From the NCBI RefSeq assembly GCF_006345805.1, contig NC_043006.1, positions 97,092,001 to 97,156,000 of the forward strand: DNA of 64,000 nt. The letters are read 5' to 3'. Below the pieces are notes generated by a model, which was not told where the DNA came from, did not search any database, and saw only the letters and a program-made list of their open reading frames with translations. Of the stretch, positions 1 through 13,519 are shown one piece after another. A program made the translations under genes and the position numbers. The DNA is from Octopus sinensis (lineage: Eukaryota). How positions within the stretch are numbered: position 1 is the stretch's first letter; every line of letters starts with the position of its first letter.

Positions 1-35
1 ACAAAAACGTAAAAACAATAACAGTAAGGATAAAA

Positions 36-240
36 ATGCATATATATGTGCATATATATACATATATACATACACACAGATACATATACTTATATGTATA
101 TCTATTTACATATCTATACATAGGAATATATACGTATGTCTATATACTTTACATACTATATACACACCTGCATATACCTAGCCACACACACATACGCATA
201 TACTTAGTAGCACACACATACGCATAGACACAAACACACA
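36..240. repeat. Mixed (TA)/(CA)/(CATA) microsatellite
   Basis: Alternating purine-pyrimidine simple sequence; the 63-aa ORF is an artefact. Confidence 0.9.
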
Positions 241-499
241 TACGCACACATTTGAAATAAAGAATTGAATTTCATTACATTGCGAACTGAAAGCGAGAAC
301 TGTCATTCTACTTCTGCTGATTTTATAAACTGTCGAGTCTTCGATTACCTTTTTCATTGCACATTTCTTAATATTTCATTAATTTTTTTCCTAAATAATT
401 TTTGCTGGTTGGCTCCCTATAATATATTATTTTGTTTTAATTGAGTGTTTGTTGTGGTTATCCTCTTAATGTTTGACATTTTGTTGTTTGTACTTTGTT

Positions 500-830
500 A
501 TTCTTGATCAAACCTACGAATGCTACACTTAGACAACAAACAGAACGTTCAAAGCCAGATGTACACAACACTTATACACATTCTGCAAATCTTTAAATAG
601 AAAACGAAAGTCTCTTTCGAAAGGTATTTCCTACTGAAAGGGCAATAACATATACGAAATTGAATCTTTCACATTACTGATTGCGATTGTGGCCTTTATA
701 CACTGCAAGGAAATCCAGCATAATTAGACAACAACGAACATATTTGCTAAAGAATACAATACGAGATAATATCATGTAGTCTTCAGAATAAATTTATTTA
801 AAAACGAATAAACACTTGATGGAAAATAAA
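500..830 (+). mobile_element. Degenerate Penelope-like element, GIY-YIG endonuclease C-terminal fragment
   Basis: Manual translation TTNRTFKARCTQHLYTF...SLSKGISY*KGNNIYEI resembles the PLE motif T-x-R-T-F-K-x-R-x-x-x-H...S-L-S-K-x-I-W-x-L-K; stops present. Confidence 0.5.
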
Positions 831-1798
831 GGGAAAATATCTATGGAACAACGTCGATGCAAATATGCAAATCACCGCGCAGAAATACCAAAATACAAAC
901 CGTCTAGAGGATATCAAAGTATTAATTAGCTATCGCAATAAATGTTGATTATTCAGAACTATGTGTACATATTCTTAAGCGTTAAGAAAGAAAAAAACAT
1001 TCATATGCATGCATATACACATGTATAAACCCTGAAAAATAAGCACATACGCGTGTGTATATATGCGTGTGTATATACGCGTGTGTATATACGCGTGTGT
1101 ATATACGCGTGTGTATATATGCGTGTGTATATAGACAGGCACATAAGCGCGTGTGTACATATGCATGTACTCGTACACACATATATGTGCATGTAGGAGT
1201 CAGTGTATGTTTGTCTCTATGCCTGTGGTGTATATCAATGAGGGGGCACATGTATGCATATAGGCATATACAAATACAAAAACGAATACGAAAACAAGAA
1301 AGATTCTGGGCCCTACATTTCGTTACGCCCCCAAAATCAAATTAATATTATGTTTTCTGGCGTAATCTACGCCTATTATATGTATGCATGCTCACATACG
1401 CACACACAAATTCATGTGTGTGACTGTAAAAATGAATGGGTGTATGTATAAACCACCAAACATGATAAATGCCCCAAACCATGGCATCTATGTAGATGTA
1501 CATACGACTTTGTACTGGTTTATGTATGGGGAGTATACACACCCACACAACATTTGATATGTTGTGGTAGTTGCATCGTGGGGATGTCTGTGTGTGTGTG
1601 CTTGTGTGTGTGGATGTGTGTGTGTGTGTGTGTGTGTGCTTGTGTGTGTGGATGTGTGTGTGTGTGTGTAATCAAAATAAGCAACAAGGATATCCAGATC
1701 CTTGTTGCTTATTTTGATTTTAATCACCATTTTGAAATTTATAGGATAATATCATACTAAATTCTGGTGCCTCAAACTTAAGTACCAAATTCATCTGA

Positions 1799-1800
<2 letters not shown>

Positions 1801-1830
<30 letters not shown>

Positions 1831-1837
1831 GTCTGTC

Positions 1838-1900
<63 letters not shown>

Positions 1901-1967
1901 TATATATATATTATATATATATATATAATATATATATACATATATTATACATATATATATATTATAT

Positions 1968-1999
<32 letters not shown>

Positions 2000-2098
2000 A
2001 TATATATATATATATGTATGTATGTATGATGTATGTATGTATGTATGTATGTATGTATGTATGTTGTATGTATGTACGTATGTATGTATGTATGTATG
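1801..2098. repeat. Compound microsatellite (TATC)n-(TA)n-(TATG)n
   Basis: Direct reading. Confidence 0.95.
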
Positions 2099-2239
2099 AT
2101 GGATTCCCTTGTCGTGAGAGTTCAGTAAAATAAAGCGTTAATCATGTTCTGTGGACATGAATGCGTCTCTTAAAGTTTGCTGTGCTTGCAAAAATTTTTG
2201 CAAATGGAACAAGTTGAGGACTTGTATATATATATGTAT

Positions 2240-2502
2240 GCAGTTCTATATTTAAGAGATGTGGAATTATGTGCATTGTTTACATTTACATTTGACGGAT
2301 ATTTGTCCTCATCTTGTTTGTTGTTACCACAATGTTTCGGCTGATATACCCTCCAGCCTTCTTCAGGTATCTTGGGGAAATTTCGAACCTGAGTTCTCAT
2401 TCCTAAGGTATTTTTCGATGTTGTTGTTATTGCTCTTTGCTCTTTGCTCTTTTACTTGTTTCAGTCATTTGACTGTGGCCATGCTGGAGCACATTATTAT
2501 TA

Positions 2503-2539
<37 letters not shown>

Positions 2540-2606
2540 GGTCACTGCCTCGAATCGAATTCGGAAACTTTTGGTTAGTAGCCAGTGCTCTTAACCACTA
2601 CGCCAT
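2240..2606 (-). mobile_element. tRNA-headed SINE-like element with hammerhead-bearing (Penelope pLTR-like) tail, copy 1
   Basis: Minus strand: TGGCGTAGTGGTT A box and GAATTCGATTC B-box-like motif (2541-2606), then (AAT)n, then tail containing CTGAAGA-A-GGCTG..CAGCC-GAAA; colinear with 49440-49678. Confidence 0.7.
2326..2371 (-). ncRNA. Minimal type-I hammerhead ribozyme motif (family A, degenerate)
   Basis: GATAC-CTGAAGA-A-GGCTG(gagggtatat)CAGCC-GAAA-CATT-GTGG; helix III no longer palindromic. Confidence 0.55.
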
Positions 2607-2634
2607 ATTATTAAGTGACCTTAATAATAATATA

Positions 2635-2703
<69 letters not shown>

Positions 2704-2705
<2 letters not shown>

Positions 2706-2860
2706 GCATCGAAAAATACCTTAGAAATGAGAACCCACGTTCAAAATTTCCCTTAGACACCTGATGAAGGCTGGAGGGTATATCAGCCGAAGCGTTGTCT
2801 TAACAACAAACAAGATGAGGACAAATATCTGTCGAATATAAATAATGTACGTAATGTAAA
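2704..2860 (+). mobile_element. Headless inverted copy of the family-A hammerhead tail
   Basis: Reverse-complement match to ~2270-2420. GACAC-CTGATGA-A-GGCTG..CAGCC-GAAG-CGTT at 2756-2801 (GAAA mutated to GAAG). Preceded by (TAA)n at 2620-2703. Confidence 0.7.
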
Positions 2861-3754
2861 TATTGCATATGTATGTATGTATGTATATGTATGTATGTTG
2901 TATGTATGTATGTATGTATGTATGTATGTATGTATGTGTGTGTGTATGTATGTGTGTATGTATGTGTGTATGTGTGTATGTATGTGTGTATGTATGATTG
3001 TAAGTGTATTTGTATATGTGTGGTGCAAGATCAAATAGCACGAAGTTGAAGAAAAAAGAACTGTGTTAGATTTACGCTCAGGAAAAATAGAAGGAAAAAT
3101 CTTTTGCGTATTGAGCATAAACTTTTCTACCAAGAGAAAAAAATGAAGCGAGAAAAGCTATGGAGGGAGAAAAAAACAAATGTGTCTCAGTTTAACTGTC
3201 ATATGTAAGTATATATGCATGTATGTGTGTATATATGTATAATATTAAAAGAATCTAACGCTGTTAATAAAAATTACAAGAAAGGTACTCTGTCCGGTGA
3301 AAATCCTCTCTTGTGAGGTGGAATTCATTTGTGATGATAGAGAGTCCATATCTTCATCACGAGAAATAATTTTCACAGGTCACCGCAAAGCCAACAAAAC
3401 CCTCCTGGAATGCAAGAGGGCTTTCCAAATAAGAAAAATGATCGGGGAGAGAAAACATTCAAAGTACGAAAAGAATAAAGGCACTGTTGGTAAATTCTAT
3501 AAAGGGCTCCATGTGTGTTTATAGCATGTTTTAAGTGAGCCCGCTGCTAGACGTAGACGCTGTCTTGCAGATTCTGATTAAAGAGCACACGGAAGATACC
3601 GAACTCAAAAGACTTTTAAGTTGTGCGGGGGTATATAAAAAAGCAAATACATACACGTACAGACATTCCATCAGTCTTTCGACGAAGCTCTAAGTTAGGG
3701 GTGTGAGTAAACCAGCTCCTGTTTTCAAGCAAACACACACATATATATATATAA

Positions 3755-4155
3755 CTAGCAGTATCGTCCGGCATTGCTCGGGTTTGTAAGGGAAATAACT
3801 ATATAAGCATTTTTAGAGAGTTATAGCCAAAAATAGCAAAAAAATGCATTAAAAATGGAAAAAAAATTATGGTAAATTTTTTTTAAATCATTGACTCATC
3901 GTAGACATTTTTAGAGAGTTACTTCCCTTATATAATAGCGAAAAAATGCATTAAAATGGAAAAAAAATGATGGTAATTTATTTTTAAAATCGTAGACTCA
4001 TCGTAGACGCACGCTAATACCCAGACGGGCTCGATATGAATCACGACTATAAGATACCCGGTTTGGGTTAAACTGCACCGCAAAATGTGGGAGTAGTTAG
4101 GAATCTAAATCGTAGGAGACAGACACACAACTTCACTTTTATATATATAATGTGT
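3755..4155 (-). mobile_element. Non-autonomous Helitron (HINE/Lep1-like)
   Basis: Minus-strand 3' end CTAG|T with a GC-rich subterminal hairpin-like stretch; internal ~100-bp duplication; near-identical copy at 47966-48366. Confidence 0.75.
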
Positions 4156-4464
4156 GTATGTATTAGAAGACGCTTATTCAAAGTGCCGTGCAGTGGGACT
4201 AAATCCGAAACCACGTGGTCGCAAAGCGTTCTTCAAAACGACACAGCCATGCCTGCGGTTAAATAGCAAAGAGAAGGGGGGGAAAAAAACACTTACCCAA
4301 CGTGTCATACAGTGGAATCGAAACCTGGAACTTGCGATGGAGAAGCGCACTTTACAAGCATCCGGCCCCGCCTGCGTCTGCTACAAGATTACTTTCATCA
4401 TATCCATCATTTCAACAGTCACAACGGTACCTTTATCATCCCCTCCGCACTTCTTCATACCACC

Positions 4465-5090
4465 ACCACCCCACCACTGCCATCACCACCACCACCACCA
4501 CCACCACCATTGCTATCATTACTGTTACTACTACAACCACCACCACCACCACCACCGGCACTACTATAACACCACTTCAACTACCACCTTTGACTTCGTC
4601 ACGAACAACGCCGCCTGTATATCAATACTACCATCCAACATTTCTTCACCACCACCACCACCACCACCACCATCATCATCGGCGTCGGCGTCGTCGTCGT
4701 CATCATCGTCACCATCATCATCATCATCATCATTATCACCACCACCTCCAACAACAACAACACCACCATCAATACTACTACTACTACTACAACCGCCACC
4801 ATCATCACCACCACCATCTTGGTCACAGCAACCACTACCATCATCATCATCACAAATTATTTGCATCATTACCACCACCACCGCTACCACCATCATCATC
4901 ATCATCATCACCAACACCAAGTCACCACACTTAATACCATTACTACCAAGCCAGCATTAACATCACCCTTCCCGACCCCTACCCCCACCCCACCACCACC
5001 ACCACCACCGCCACCACCACTACCACCATCACCAACGCCATACTAACCATACCACTCTTCCGTCACCATTTATACCGCCAAAACCACCAA
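4465..5090. repeat. Mosaic trinucleotide low-complexity tract (CAC/CAT/TAC/CGT)
   Basis: Runs of accacc, catcat, tactac; poly-His/Pro/Thr ORFs in several frames. Confidence 0.9.
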
Positions 5091-5444
5091 CACCACCATT
5101 GCACCAATCACCCGAGAAACCTTAATGTTAATCCATGTTAATCACGTTGATTATCCTCGTAAATATCCAACAATTACCGCCCTAATTCATTTTCTTCAAC
5201 TACGTATGTGATATCTTCAGTCTGATATCTTCTGTGTTGATTATAGTCTGATAGATACAGCCATCAGACAAGATTATATCGTATCATCTATATAAGAAAC
5301 CGATTGGTTTCTTAGCAACAATTGAAAGCTGGACTTCTGAGAAATATTTCTTTTGCCTTCTTTATTGATATTGTCAAAGATACTCTGGATGTCTTCTTTT
5401 CTGACCGCCGTTGCCATTGACCACCATATTTACACCATCACTTC

Positions 5445-5975
5445 CATCGTCGTCGTCGTCGTCTTCGTGGTCGTCGCCATTATCAGCAACAACAGCAACA
5501 GCAGTAGCAGCAGCAGCAGCGGTAGCAGCAGCAGCAATAACAGCGTCATCATCGTCACAACACAACCTTCCCCCACCGTCGTCGTCGACACCATCACTAC
5601 TATCATCATCATCGTCATCATCATATTCATCATCATCATTACCGTCGTCATTAACATCATCATCATCATCATCATCATTGCAGCCGTCGTCGTCACCATC
5701 ATCATCTTTATCAATTGCATCAGCATCACATTCACTACATCACAAATAGTTCAGATGATAATAATGATACCGACGGCGACGACGACGACGGTAATGGCTG
5801 TGATGATGATGATGATGATGATGACGACGACGAGGAGGAGGAGGAGGAGGAAGCGGAGGAGGATAAACCTGACAATGACTACCACGATGATGATGACAAT
5901 GACGACGACGACAACGATGTTTATGATAATGATGATGATGATGTGGAGGAGGAGGAGGAGGAGGAGGAGGAATTA
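5445..5975. repeat. Mosaic trinucleotide tract (CGT/AGC/CAT/GAT/GAG)
   Basis: Direct reading; open in nearly all frames, so no coding signal. Confidence 0.9.
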
Positions 5976-6679
5976 TCGCATTACGTACAATTACATTCAA
6001 TTTTGTCGATCATGCGTTTTCACAGTTCAACAGCAGCGCATCTGTTTACCGAATCGTTTAAAGTTGGCGTCTGCTCTACATTATGATAAGCGCCTAATAT
6101 TCTCTTACACCGTAAATTTCGCTCTTGATAGGTTTGATAAACCTAGAACAAGGTTTCTGATTCAAGTTGATCTTGTGATCATTGAAGGTCTCATATGGTT
6201 TACTCTGTTTAAGGCGGTCTACTTGGTCGTCAGCATTTCATTCAGTGGGTATGTTTTATATCGTCATAACTCTTGTTGTACATTCTAGCATTGGTCTTCT
6301 CCTACGTCTTTGTATCGGTGAGTACTTCAGTGCATGAGTGTTTCTGTGTGTGCTTGCGTACGTGTGTGTGTATTGATAGATAGACACTATAGAATATAGT
6401 AAAATGTATGAAATGTATGTAATGTGCATATATTATATATAAATATATGTATAATACATACAATATAATTATAAATGTGTATATATATATATATATATAT
6501 ATATGGCAAAAAGAAAATGGAGGGGATACAAAAATGACATACATCAGCCGGTAGACATTCTGTTAAGTCTATTTATTCCAAAACAAAAGGGAGTATTATA
6601 AGAATATACATACAAAGACTGTGTGCTATACAAATATATACTAGTAATGCATAAAAGAGTAAAAGATTAACAGATCAGT

Positions 6680-7400
6680 TCCTTACGGCCGTTTCGGCCA
6701 AGAGGCCATGATATCCTCCATGTTAGCTCCATCTCCTCAGAGTTCTGTAGAGATGGGTAGATAGAGTTTGGATGTTGAGTGTGCCTCTGGGTTTCATCAG
6801 GAGAGCTGATGCATACAAGAGTTTGTTACTAATAGGCACAGTATATTTTCTTATTGAAGAGGGCATAAGAAGAATAGGACCCAGACTTAGAGTGTGAGAG
6901 GAGTAAAATTTAGTAAAATGGATTAGGTATAGGAAAGGGAAATAAGTCATAGACTTTAAGTGCTGCCTTCCAAGATTCCTGCTATTTTGTCCAGCGGTGG
7001 ATAGGTAGATGTATTCGTTCTAAGGATGAGTTTTTTTAGGAAGGGTAAATTTAGGCAGTGGTTCTTATTTTGCTTACATATAAATACATGTTATGTTTGT
7101 GTTTACAGTGATGGGTTTGAAAGTATGGTTTGAAAGTATGGTCCATGTTTCAGAGATGGAAGTTTATATGTAGGATATCAGATGGCACTAAAGAGAGTAT
7201 GGCACCAGGTGGTGACCAAAGTACGGTGTTCGTGTTCGTTATTTTTTCGATCAACAAGTCCCTGAATCCTTTTGTGCAGTTTTTATGGTCAGTCCTGCAA
7301 CCTAATTGGTCAGCTATATTTTGAAAACTATGACGCGGTTCCGGTTCCTTGATGGTTAACAGATAACATAAAAACAAATCATATAAATAAATTAAAGAAT
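6680..7400 (-). mobile_element. Degenerate Penelope-like element 3' region
   Basis: Minus-strand remnants GQNSRNLGRQH and KLLYASALLMKPRGTLNIQ resemble GIY-YIG motifs; followed by GGCC(TCTT)GGCC-GAAA-CGGCCGT-A, a half hammerhead. Confidence 0.4.
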
Positions 7401-7766
7401 AAATGGATAAAAAAAACCGTGGCCACTATGGGCAAGTAGGAGAGCAAAATAACATTCAAACTAGATTAAATTGAATTAAATGTAGACAAGTAAATAAATA
7501 AATACATGAGTATGTGAGTGTGCATAATAACTAAAGCAATATGACTAAGGGGATATGATCTTAAGGGACTGCATAAGAAGAAATAAATGATTGCAAACGC
7601 ATAAAATAAAAAATAAAGATGTAAAATATCTATCAGGGGATACAGCTATATTGTTAAACATAATATAGGACAGAGGATTCATTTTTGTTGGAAGGATTTT
7701 CTGACAAGGGACAACAAATGGAACGGACCGAATCGATTGCTTGTTTTCTCAGTTATCTCTCTTTCT

Positions 7767-8167
7767 CTCTTTTACTTGTTTCAGTCATTTGACTGCGGCC
7801 ATGCTGGAGCACTGCCTTTAATCGAGCAACTCGACCCCGGGACTTATTCTTTTGTAAGCCCAGTACTTATTCTATCGGTCTCTTTTGCCGAACCGCTAAG
7901 TAACGGGGACATAAACACACCAGCATCGGTTGTCAAGCAATGCTAGGGGGACAAACACAGACACACAAACACACACACACGCATATATATATATACATAT
8001 ATACGACAGGCTTCTTTCAGTTTCCGTCTACCAAATCTACTCACAAGGCTTTGGTCGGCCCGAGGCTATAGTAGAAGACACTTGCCCAAGGTGTCACGCA
8101 GTGGGACTGAACCCGGAACCATGTGGTTGGTAAACAAGATACTTACCACACAGCCACTCCTGCGCCT
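7767..8167 (-). mobile_element. tRNA-derived CORE-type SINE (octopus OR1/OR2-like), full length
   Basis: Minus-strand head TGGCTGTGTGG / GGTTCAGTCCC and CORE-like CCTTGGGCAAGTG; central (CA)(TA) run; more than 10 copies in the window. Confidence 0.85.
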
Positions 8168-8351
8168 AGTTATAGTTATTTATTGCTAAAACCTATACTA
8201 TTAAAATGTAGAATAATGGATATAAAGTATTAAATAGATGTGTGTATATACCTATCAATATACGAATATAGTATAATATATAAACGTACCTATATAAAAG
8301 CACTCGCTTCTGTTTCGACTATGAGAATACTCGTTATCTAATGGCCTACAC

Positions 8352-8639
8352 CAGTGCTTCTCAAACTATCTGATGTGGCGTACCTGCTGTTTTTCCTCCC
8401 ATGTGCCAGGGACCGGTAATATTTCTTAGTAATATTTATTTATACCGGAAATAGTATATATGATGAGTATAATAAACAAGTTGACTAATTTTTAAATCTT
8501 ATATTTATTTTGTAAACAAATGATATAATATTACATAAGCGTTTTATAATGTTTCTTTTCTGGAAACTCGCCGCGTATCCGGCAGCTGATGTCTCGCGGA
8601 CCGGCACCGGTCCGCAGACCACCAATTTGAGAGGCACTG
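8352..8639. mobile_element. hAT (Charlie-like) MITE
   Basis: TIRs CAGTGCTTCTCAAA / TTTGAGAGGCACTG; 8-bp flanks GCCTACAC / ACTTAGAC resemble a decayed NTCTAGAN target. Confidence 0.75.
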
Positions 8640-8857
8640 ACTTAGACCACTTAGCATATAAGTGGATGAATATTTCGCAGACACGCTAATTCTGAATCAA
8701 AGATCAGCGCGGCACACTGTAGGATAAAGTAGGCCCTTTGAATTACAGGTAGACATTCTATAATATAGAACAATCTCTAATCTTAAACAATGGCTAACAG
8801 CGCTTTTCTTGGATTTCGCAAACGTGTTATATCTATCTTTTTATTTTTTCACCTTTT

Positions 8858-9075
8858 ACCTGTTTCAGTCATTAGACTGCGGCCATGCTGGGGTACCGCC
8901 TTGAAGGATTTTAGTCGAACGATTAGACCCTAGTACCTCTTCTTTTCTTTTTTTTTCTTTGCATTAAAGCCTGGTACTTATTCTATCGGCCTTTATGCCG
9001 AACCGCTAAGTTATGGGGACGTAAACGCACCAACACTAGCTGTCAGACAGTGATGGATCACAAACACTGATGCAA
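8858..9075 (-). mobile_element. CORE-type SINE, 3' half
   Basis: Matches the tail of the 7767-8167 family. Confidence 0.75.
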
Positions 9076-9095
9076 AGACACACACACACACACAC

Positions 9096-9174
<79 letters not shown>

Positions 9175-9176
<2 letters not shown>

Positions 9177-9476
9177 AGGCGCAATGGCCCAGTGGTTAGG
9201 GCAGCGGACTCGCGGTCGTAGGATCGCGGTTTCGATTCCCAGACCAGGCGTTGTGAGTGTTTATTGAGCGAAAACGCCTAAAGCTCCACGAGGCTCCGGC
9301 AGGGGATGGTGGTGATCCCTGCTGTACTCTGTCGCTACAACTTTCTCTCACTCTTTATTCTGTTGGCCTGCTCGCTTAGCCAGCGGGGTGGCGTCATTTG
9401 AAGGCTAAAACAATGCGAAGCGCATTGTGACCAGCGATATGTAGCAACATTTGATAGCCTGGTCGATCCCGGTGAT
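9175..9476 (+). mobile_element. tRNA-derived SINE family 2
   Basis: GGAGGCGCAATGGCCCAGTGGTTAGG..GGTTTCGATTCCC head; homologous to 27399-27787 and 50052-50437. Confidence 0.85.
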
Positions 9477-10059
9477 ATATATATATACACGGAGCAAATA
9501 ATTCACGAAAAATTAATTTGCGAAGATACCATTGACTCTGTTATCTCGTGTAACAATTTTAAAATGATAACAGAATCACTAATATGGACGATTGCAGGCC
9601 CCCCAAAAGCATTAAATAGCTTTTAAACTTAATCAAAGGACATACTACATATGTCTCTCTGCTGGAAATAACAGTCAAAACTCTTATATAAATCGCCAAA
9701 ATATACTGATAATAACTGCAGAAATCAACTGTCCGAAGGCAAACAGGCTAAGACAATCTCCCAACTTACATTTAAGTATTTGGACTCACGTTGACCGGTT
9801 TCTGCCCTGGCAAAAATAGCCAGTGCAGAAACAGTGCTTATGTAAGTTTATACATCGTGTTGATATTTCGGTCTCAAGTAAACCCTGTATTCCAGGCTGC
9901 AGAACTCAGTAAGCTGCACGTAACGATTACTGATTGTGACTTTAATATAATTATAAGCTGTACCTCTAATTTAACATCAAGCTGTTTATTTTGCATAAAT
10001 ACAAGCGGTGTTTGAAGTCTGTCTCTTGTTTCACTCATAAAGTTTGAGCCCACCTTTGG

Positions 10060-10162
10060 CAATGTTGAATGATATTTGTGAAAGATGAAACGCGGTCGGA
10101 TCGAATCCGGGATTTCGTGACTGCAAGGCGAACTTCTAAACTTCTAAACCACTCGACCATGC
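10060..10162 (-). mobile_element. Old tRNA-derived SINE head
   Basis: Minus strand TGGTCGAGTGG..GGATTCGATCC; homologous to 13425-13520. Confidence 0.55.
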
Positions 10163-10738
10163 CTACATACATACATATACACACATACATACATACATAC
10201 ATGCATACATACATACATACATACATACACACATACATACATACATACATACACATACATACATACATACACATACATACATACATACATACATACATAC
10301 ATACATACATAGACACATACATACATACATACATACATTCATACATACATTCATACATACATACATACATACACATACATACATACATACACACATACAT
10401 ACATACATTCATACATACATACATACATGCATACATACATACACACAAACATACATACATACATACATACACATACATGCATACATACATACATACATAC
10501 ATACATGCATACATACATACATACATACATACACACACATACATACACACATGCATACATACATACATACATACATACGTGCATACATACATACATACAT
10601 ACATACATACATACATACATACATACATACATACATACATTCATACATACATACATACATACATACATACATACATACATACATACATACATACATACAT
10701 ACACACACATACACACATACATACATACGTGCGTACTT
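10163..10738. repeat. (CATA)n array, ~0.57 kb
   Basis: Direct reading. Confidence 0.95.
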
Positions 10739-12394
10739 ATGTCTGCACATAACTATTTGTTAGTGCATTGCAATTCCGAATATGTTTGTGTATGTAGAAG
10801 AGAGCAAAGGAATGAAAACAAGAAAATCGCTGAAGGATATTTCGTGTTGATTTTATTAATAATACTTTTGTTTATTTAGCATAAATACCAGCGGGATTTG
10901 AAATCAGAACGCAATATGATGAAATGAAATAGTACAAGACATATGGTATGGTGCTCTTTATGTTTCTTCTACTTCACTGTAATTAGACTTAATGTGTTAC
11001 CCGTTTGAAGGATACCACCTGACAAAGCCTTACAAAAAAAATCAAATTACCCACCGTAATTAATATAGTTGATTAACATAAACGCATGACCTCGAATTCT
11101 GTGGTGATGCTATGAGGTAATAATGTGTTATTTAGACGGAAACTTAGCTTTTCTCCACTTGAAATCGTTACCTTGCCGTGCTGAGGGAACTTGCGTATTC
11201 CAGTGAGCCCACAAACCATATTGTCGGGAATGTCCTACTTCTTAGAGGGCTACTCATGGTGACAAGGTTTGATCAGCTCGAGGAATGTATTTGTATATTT
11301 ATAAACATAGACTTATACACATTGAAAGCACATAAATCGAAAGCATTTTGGCCGAAAGATAAATGTTGAATGTCATATTCGCAGAAAGACGAAATAGTCC
11401 AATGAGAAATTGTTCATAAACTTATCAAACGACATTAAATGCATACAAAGGTGTATTCATTGTAAAATTATGTCTAGAAAACCTTAACTATATACTAAAA
11501 CTATATTTCGACCATTTTTTATATTATTTATGACAAGACCAATTATTTTTTTAAAGAAATTTAAGTTCAATAAATCTCCAAAGAGAAGCATCGAAATATC
11601 ATCTAATATTTTTAAACAACTTGTTACAATTTTAAGAGCAAATTATTTTTTTATGAAATATATTTTTAAATATTTGTGTATGTGTATTCGTTACGTTTGG
11701 TAACATATAACATCTAGTTAAACATTTATCAGTTCAAATGTTTTTGGCAATATTTCTAACATATGCACATGGGTTGGGCACAGTTGATTAATTACATTAT
11801 AATTTCACTGGTACTTATTTTATCGACCCATGAAAATATGTCAATAAATATGACTATGAGGAGATTTCATAGAAGGAGCTAAAGAGAAGTGATTCAGTGC
11901 TGCAGACTATTGTGTTCCACGATCTACGTGTTCACTGCCACACCACGCATTGCCCTTGTAATAAGTATCAATATCAGAGGTTCACAACATGAACAAACAA
12001 AAGACACTAGTAATTATTCATGCATTATGTCTTATTTAATTACTGTTTTGTCCAGAGTATCTTCCTGAAGAACGTTAATGATTCTTCTGATGTGACTGGT
12101 CATACTTTATGCTTTATGATTATTGCGAATAACTTTATCAACCTAACGTCAATACATCATGTACAAAATCATTTTTGATTCATATATTAATAATTTCTAA
12201 ATTTTAGAACTTATGACAAGTGATTCAAATATCAATAAATCATTGCATTACTTTTGTATATATAGGTTGTTTGCGCTAAATCTGACGATTTTTATGTCTT
12301 CTTTTTCCGCGAACAGTTTGATGAATTGGTGAACAGTCAACGGTGTTAAAGAACACAATGATTAAAGTTTTAGTTGAGAAAAAGTTTACTGTCA

Positions 12395-13125
12395 TACAGG
12401 GCTGGAAGCTCATATGAATATTGGAAAATAGTTACCTGTATTATGATGATTTGCCCTGGGTATTAAAAGGACGAAACTATGACTGTTACTAAATGCTTGG
12501 TGAACTCTGTAAAGGCTGCAAGACGTGACAGGAACAGCTGCAACGGAGACTACGAAGCCGTGGCCAGCAGGAAGATGATGGCTTTTACGTGTCTCTACAG
12601 TGAGGGTGATGTTCTGCTACCCCATATCTTTGAACAGGATCTTAGGCTCAATGTGAAGCTGGTGGGGACTTATCAAACAGCGGCCGGAGAGGGTTGCTGC
12701 TGGAAGGTCATATATGTGACAGCAAGATTTGTTACCTTTACATACATCTGAAGAGAGTCAGAAGTGGTGTCGGAGAATTTCTTTGCCTTCATCAACCCTA
12801 ATACTCCTGATTGTAATCCCATGGATTACTACCTTTAGGGCGCGGTTGAAAAAGACGCCAACTGCTCTGCCTGCAACACCGAGGTCGAGCTGGAGCCCAA
12901 GATCAAACAGATGTTCGAAGACCTTCCCAGGAACACAGTGAGAAACGCATGTGTCAAGTTCCGGAGCCGTACCTGAGGCCGTGATGAGAGCTGAGGGTAG
13001 TTACTTATTATCTCCCAGTCGTATTCTAGCTGTGATTTTTGATTTTTTCCAAAAATACGTTTTTTATTGAATGGAGTGTTGTATTTTTTTTCCTTTCACA
13101 TAAACTGTCAAATTTAGCCCGATGC
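12395..13125 (+). mobile_element. Internally deleted Tc1/mariner (maT/DD37D-like) transposase pseudogene
   Basis: SEGDVLLPHIFEQDLRLN, HTSEESQKW, TPDCNPMDYYL*GAVEKD...KIKQMFEDLPRNTVRNAC across frameshifts. Confidence 0.75.
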
Positions 13126-13249
13126 AAACAAACTAACACCGGTTGTCAAGCCATAACGGGGAACAAGTACAACACAATGGCATACATAGATATATAGTCA
13201 TATATATTTATATACATACACGCGCGTGCGCACTCATACATGATATGCT

Positions 13250-13385
13250 ACTCTTAGTTTCCGTTTACCAAATCTACTCCGAGGGCTTTGGTCGACCTGG
13301 GGCTATTATAGAAGACACTTGTCCAAGGTGCTGTACTGTGGGACTGAACCCGGAACCATGCGGTTGAAAGGTACACTTCTTACCG
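13250..13385 (-). mobile_element. CORE-type SINE, 5' half
   Basis: Matches the head half of the 7767-8167 family. Confidence 0.75.
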
Positions 13386-13519
13386 TCTAATGTACAATTC
13401 AACATATGGTGGAAACTGACCTTTGGCTTCGTTTAATGATATTTTCCCAAAGTACCACTTCGACGGATCAAATCCGGGATTATGTGAATGCAAAGCGAAC
13501 TCCTAAAACCGTTCGGCCA

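Noticed and set aside
4154-6288. 268-aa and 311-aa poly-His/Pro/Ser/acidic ORFs
   Set aside because: Trinucleotide mosaics open in several frames on both strands; no domain or splice support; the first begins in a decayed SINE.
6678-6745. Hammerhead at the end of the PLE fragment
   Set aside because: GAAA, palindromic helix III and helix II are present, but CUGANGA is not adjacent to helix II and helix I does not pair; decayed at best.
9782-9900. Further minus-strand exon candidates (also ~45140-45250, ~48700-48810, ~63560-63620)
   Set aside because: One good splice site each, but ambiguous frame or partner site and no recognisable protein.
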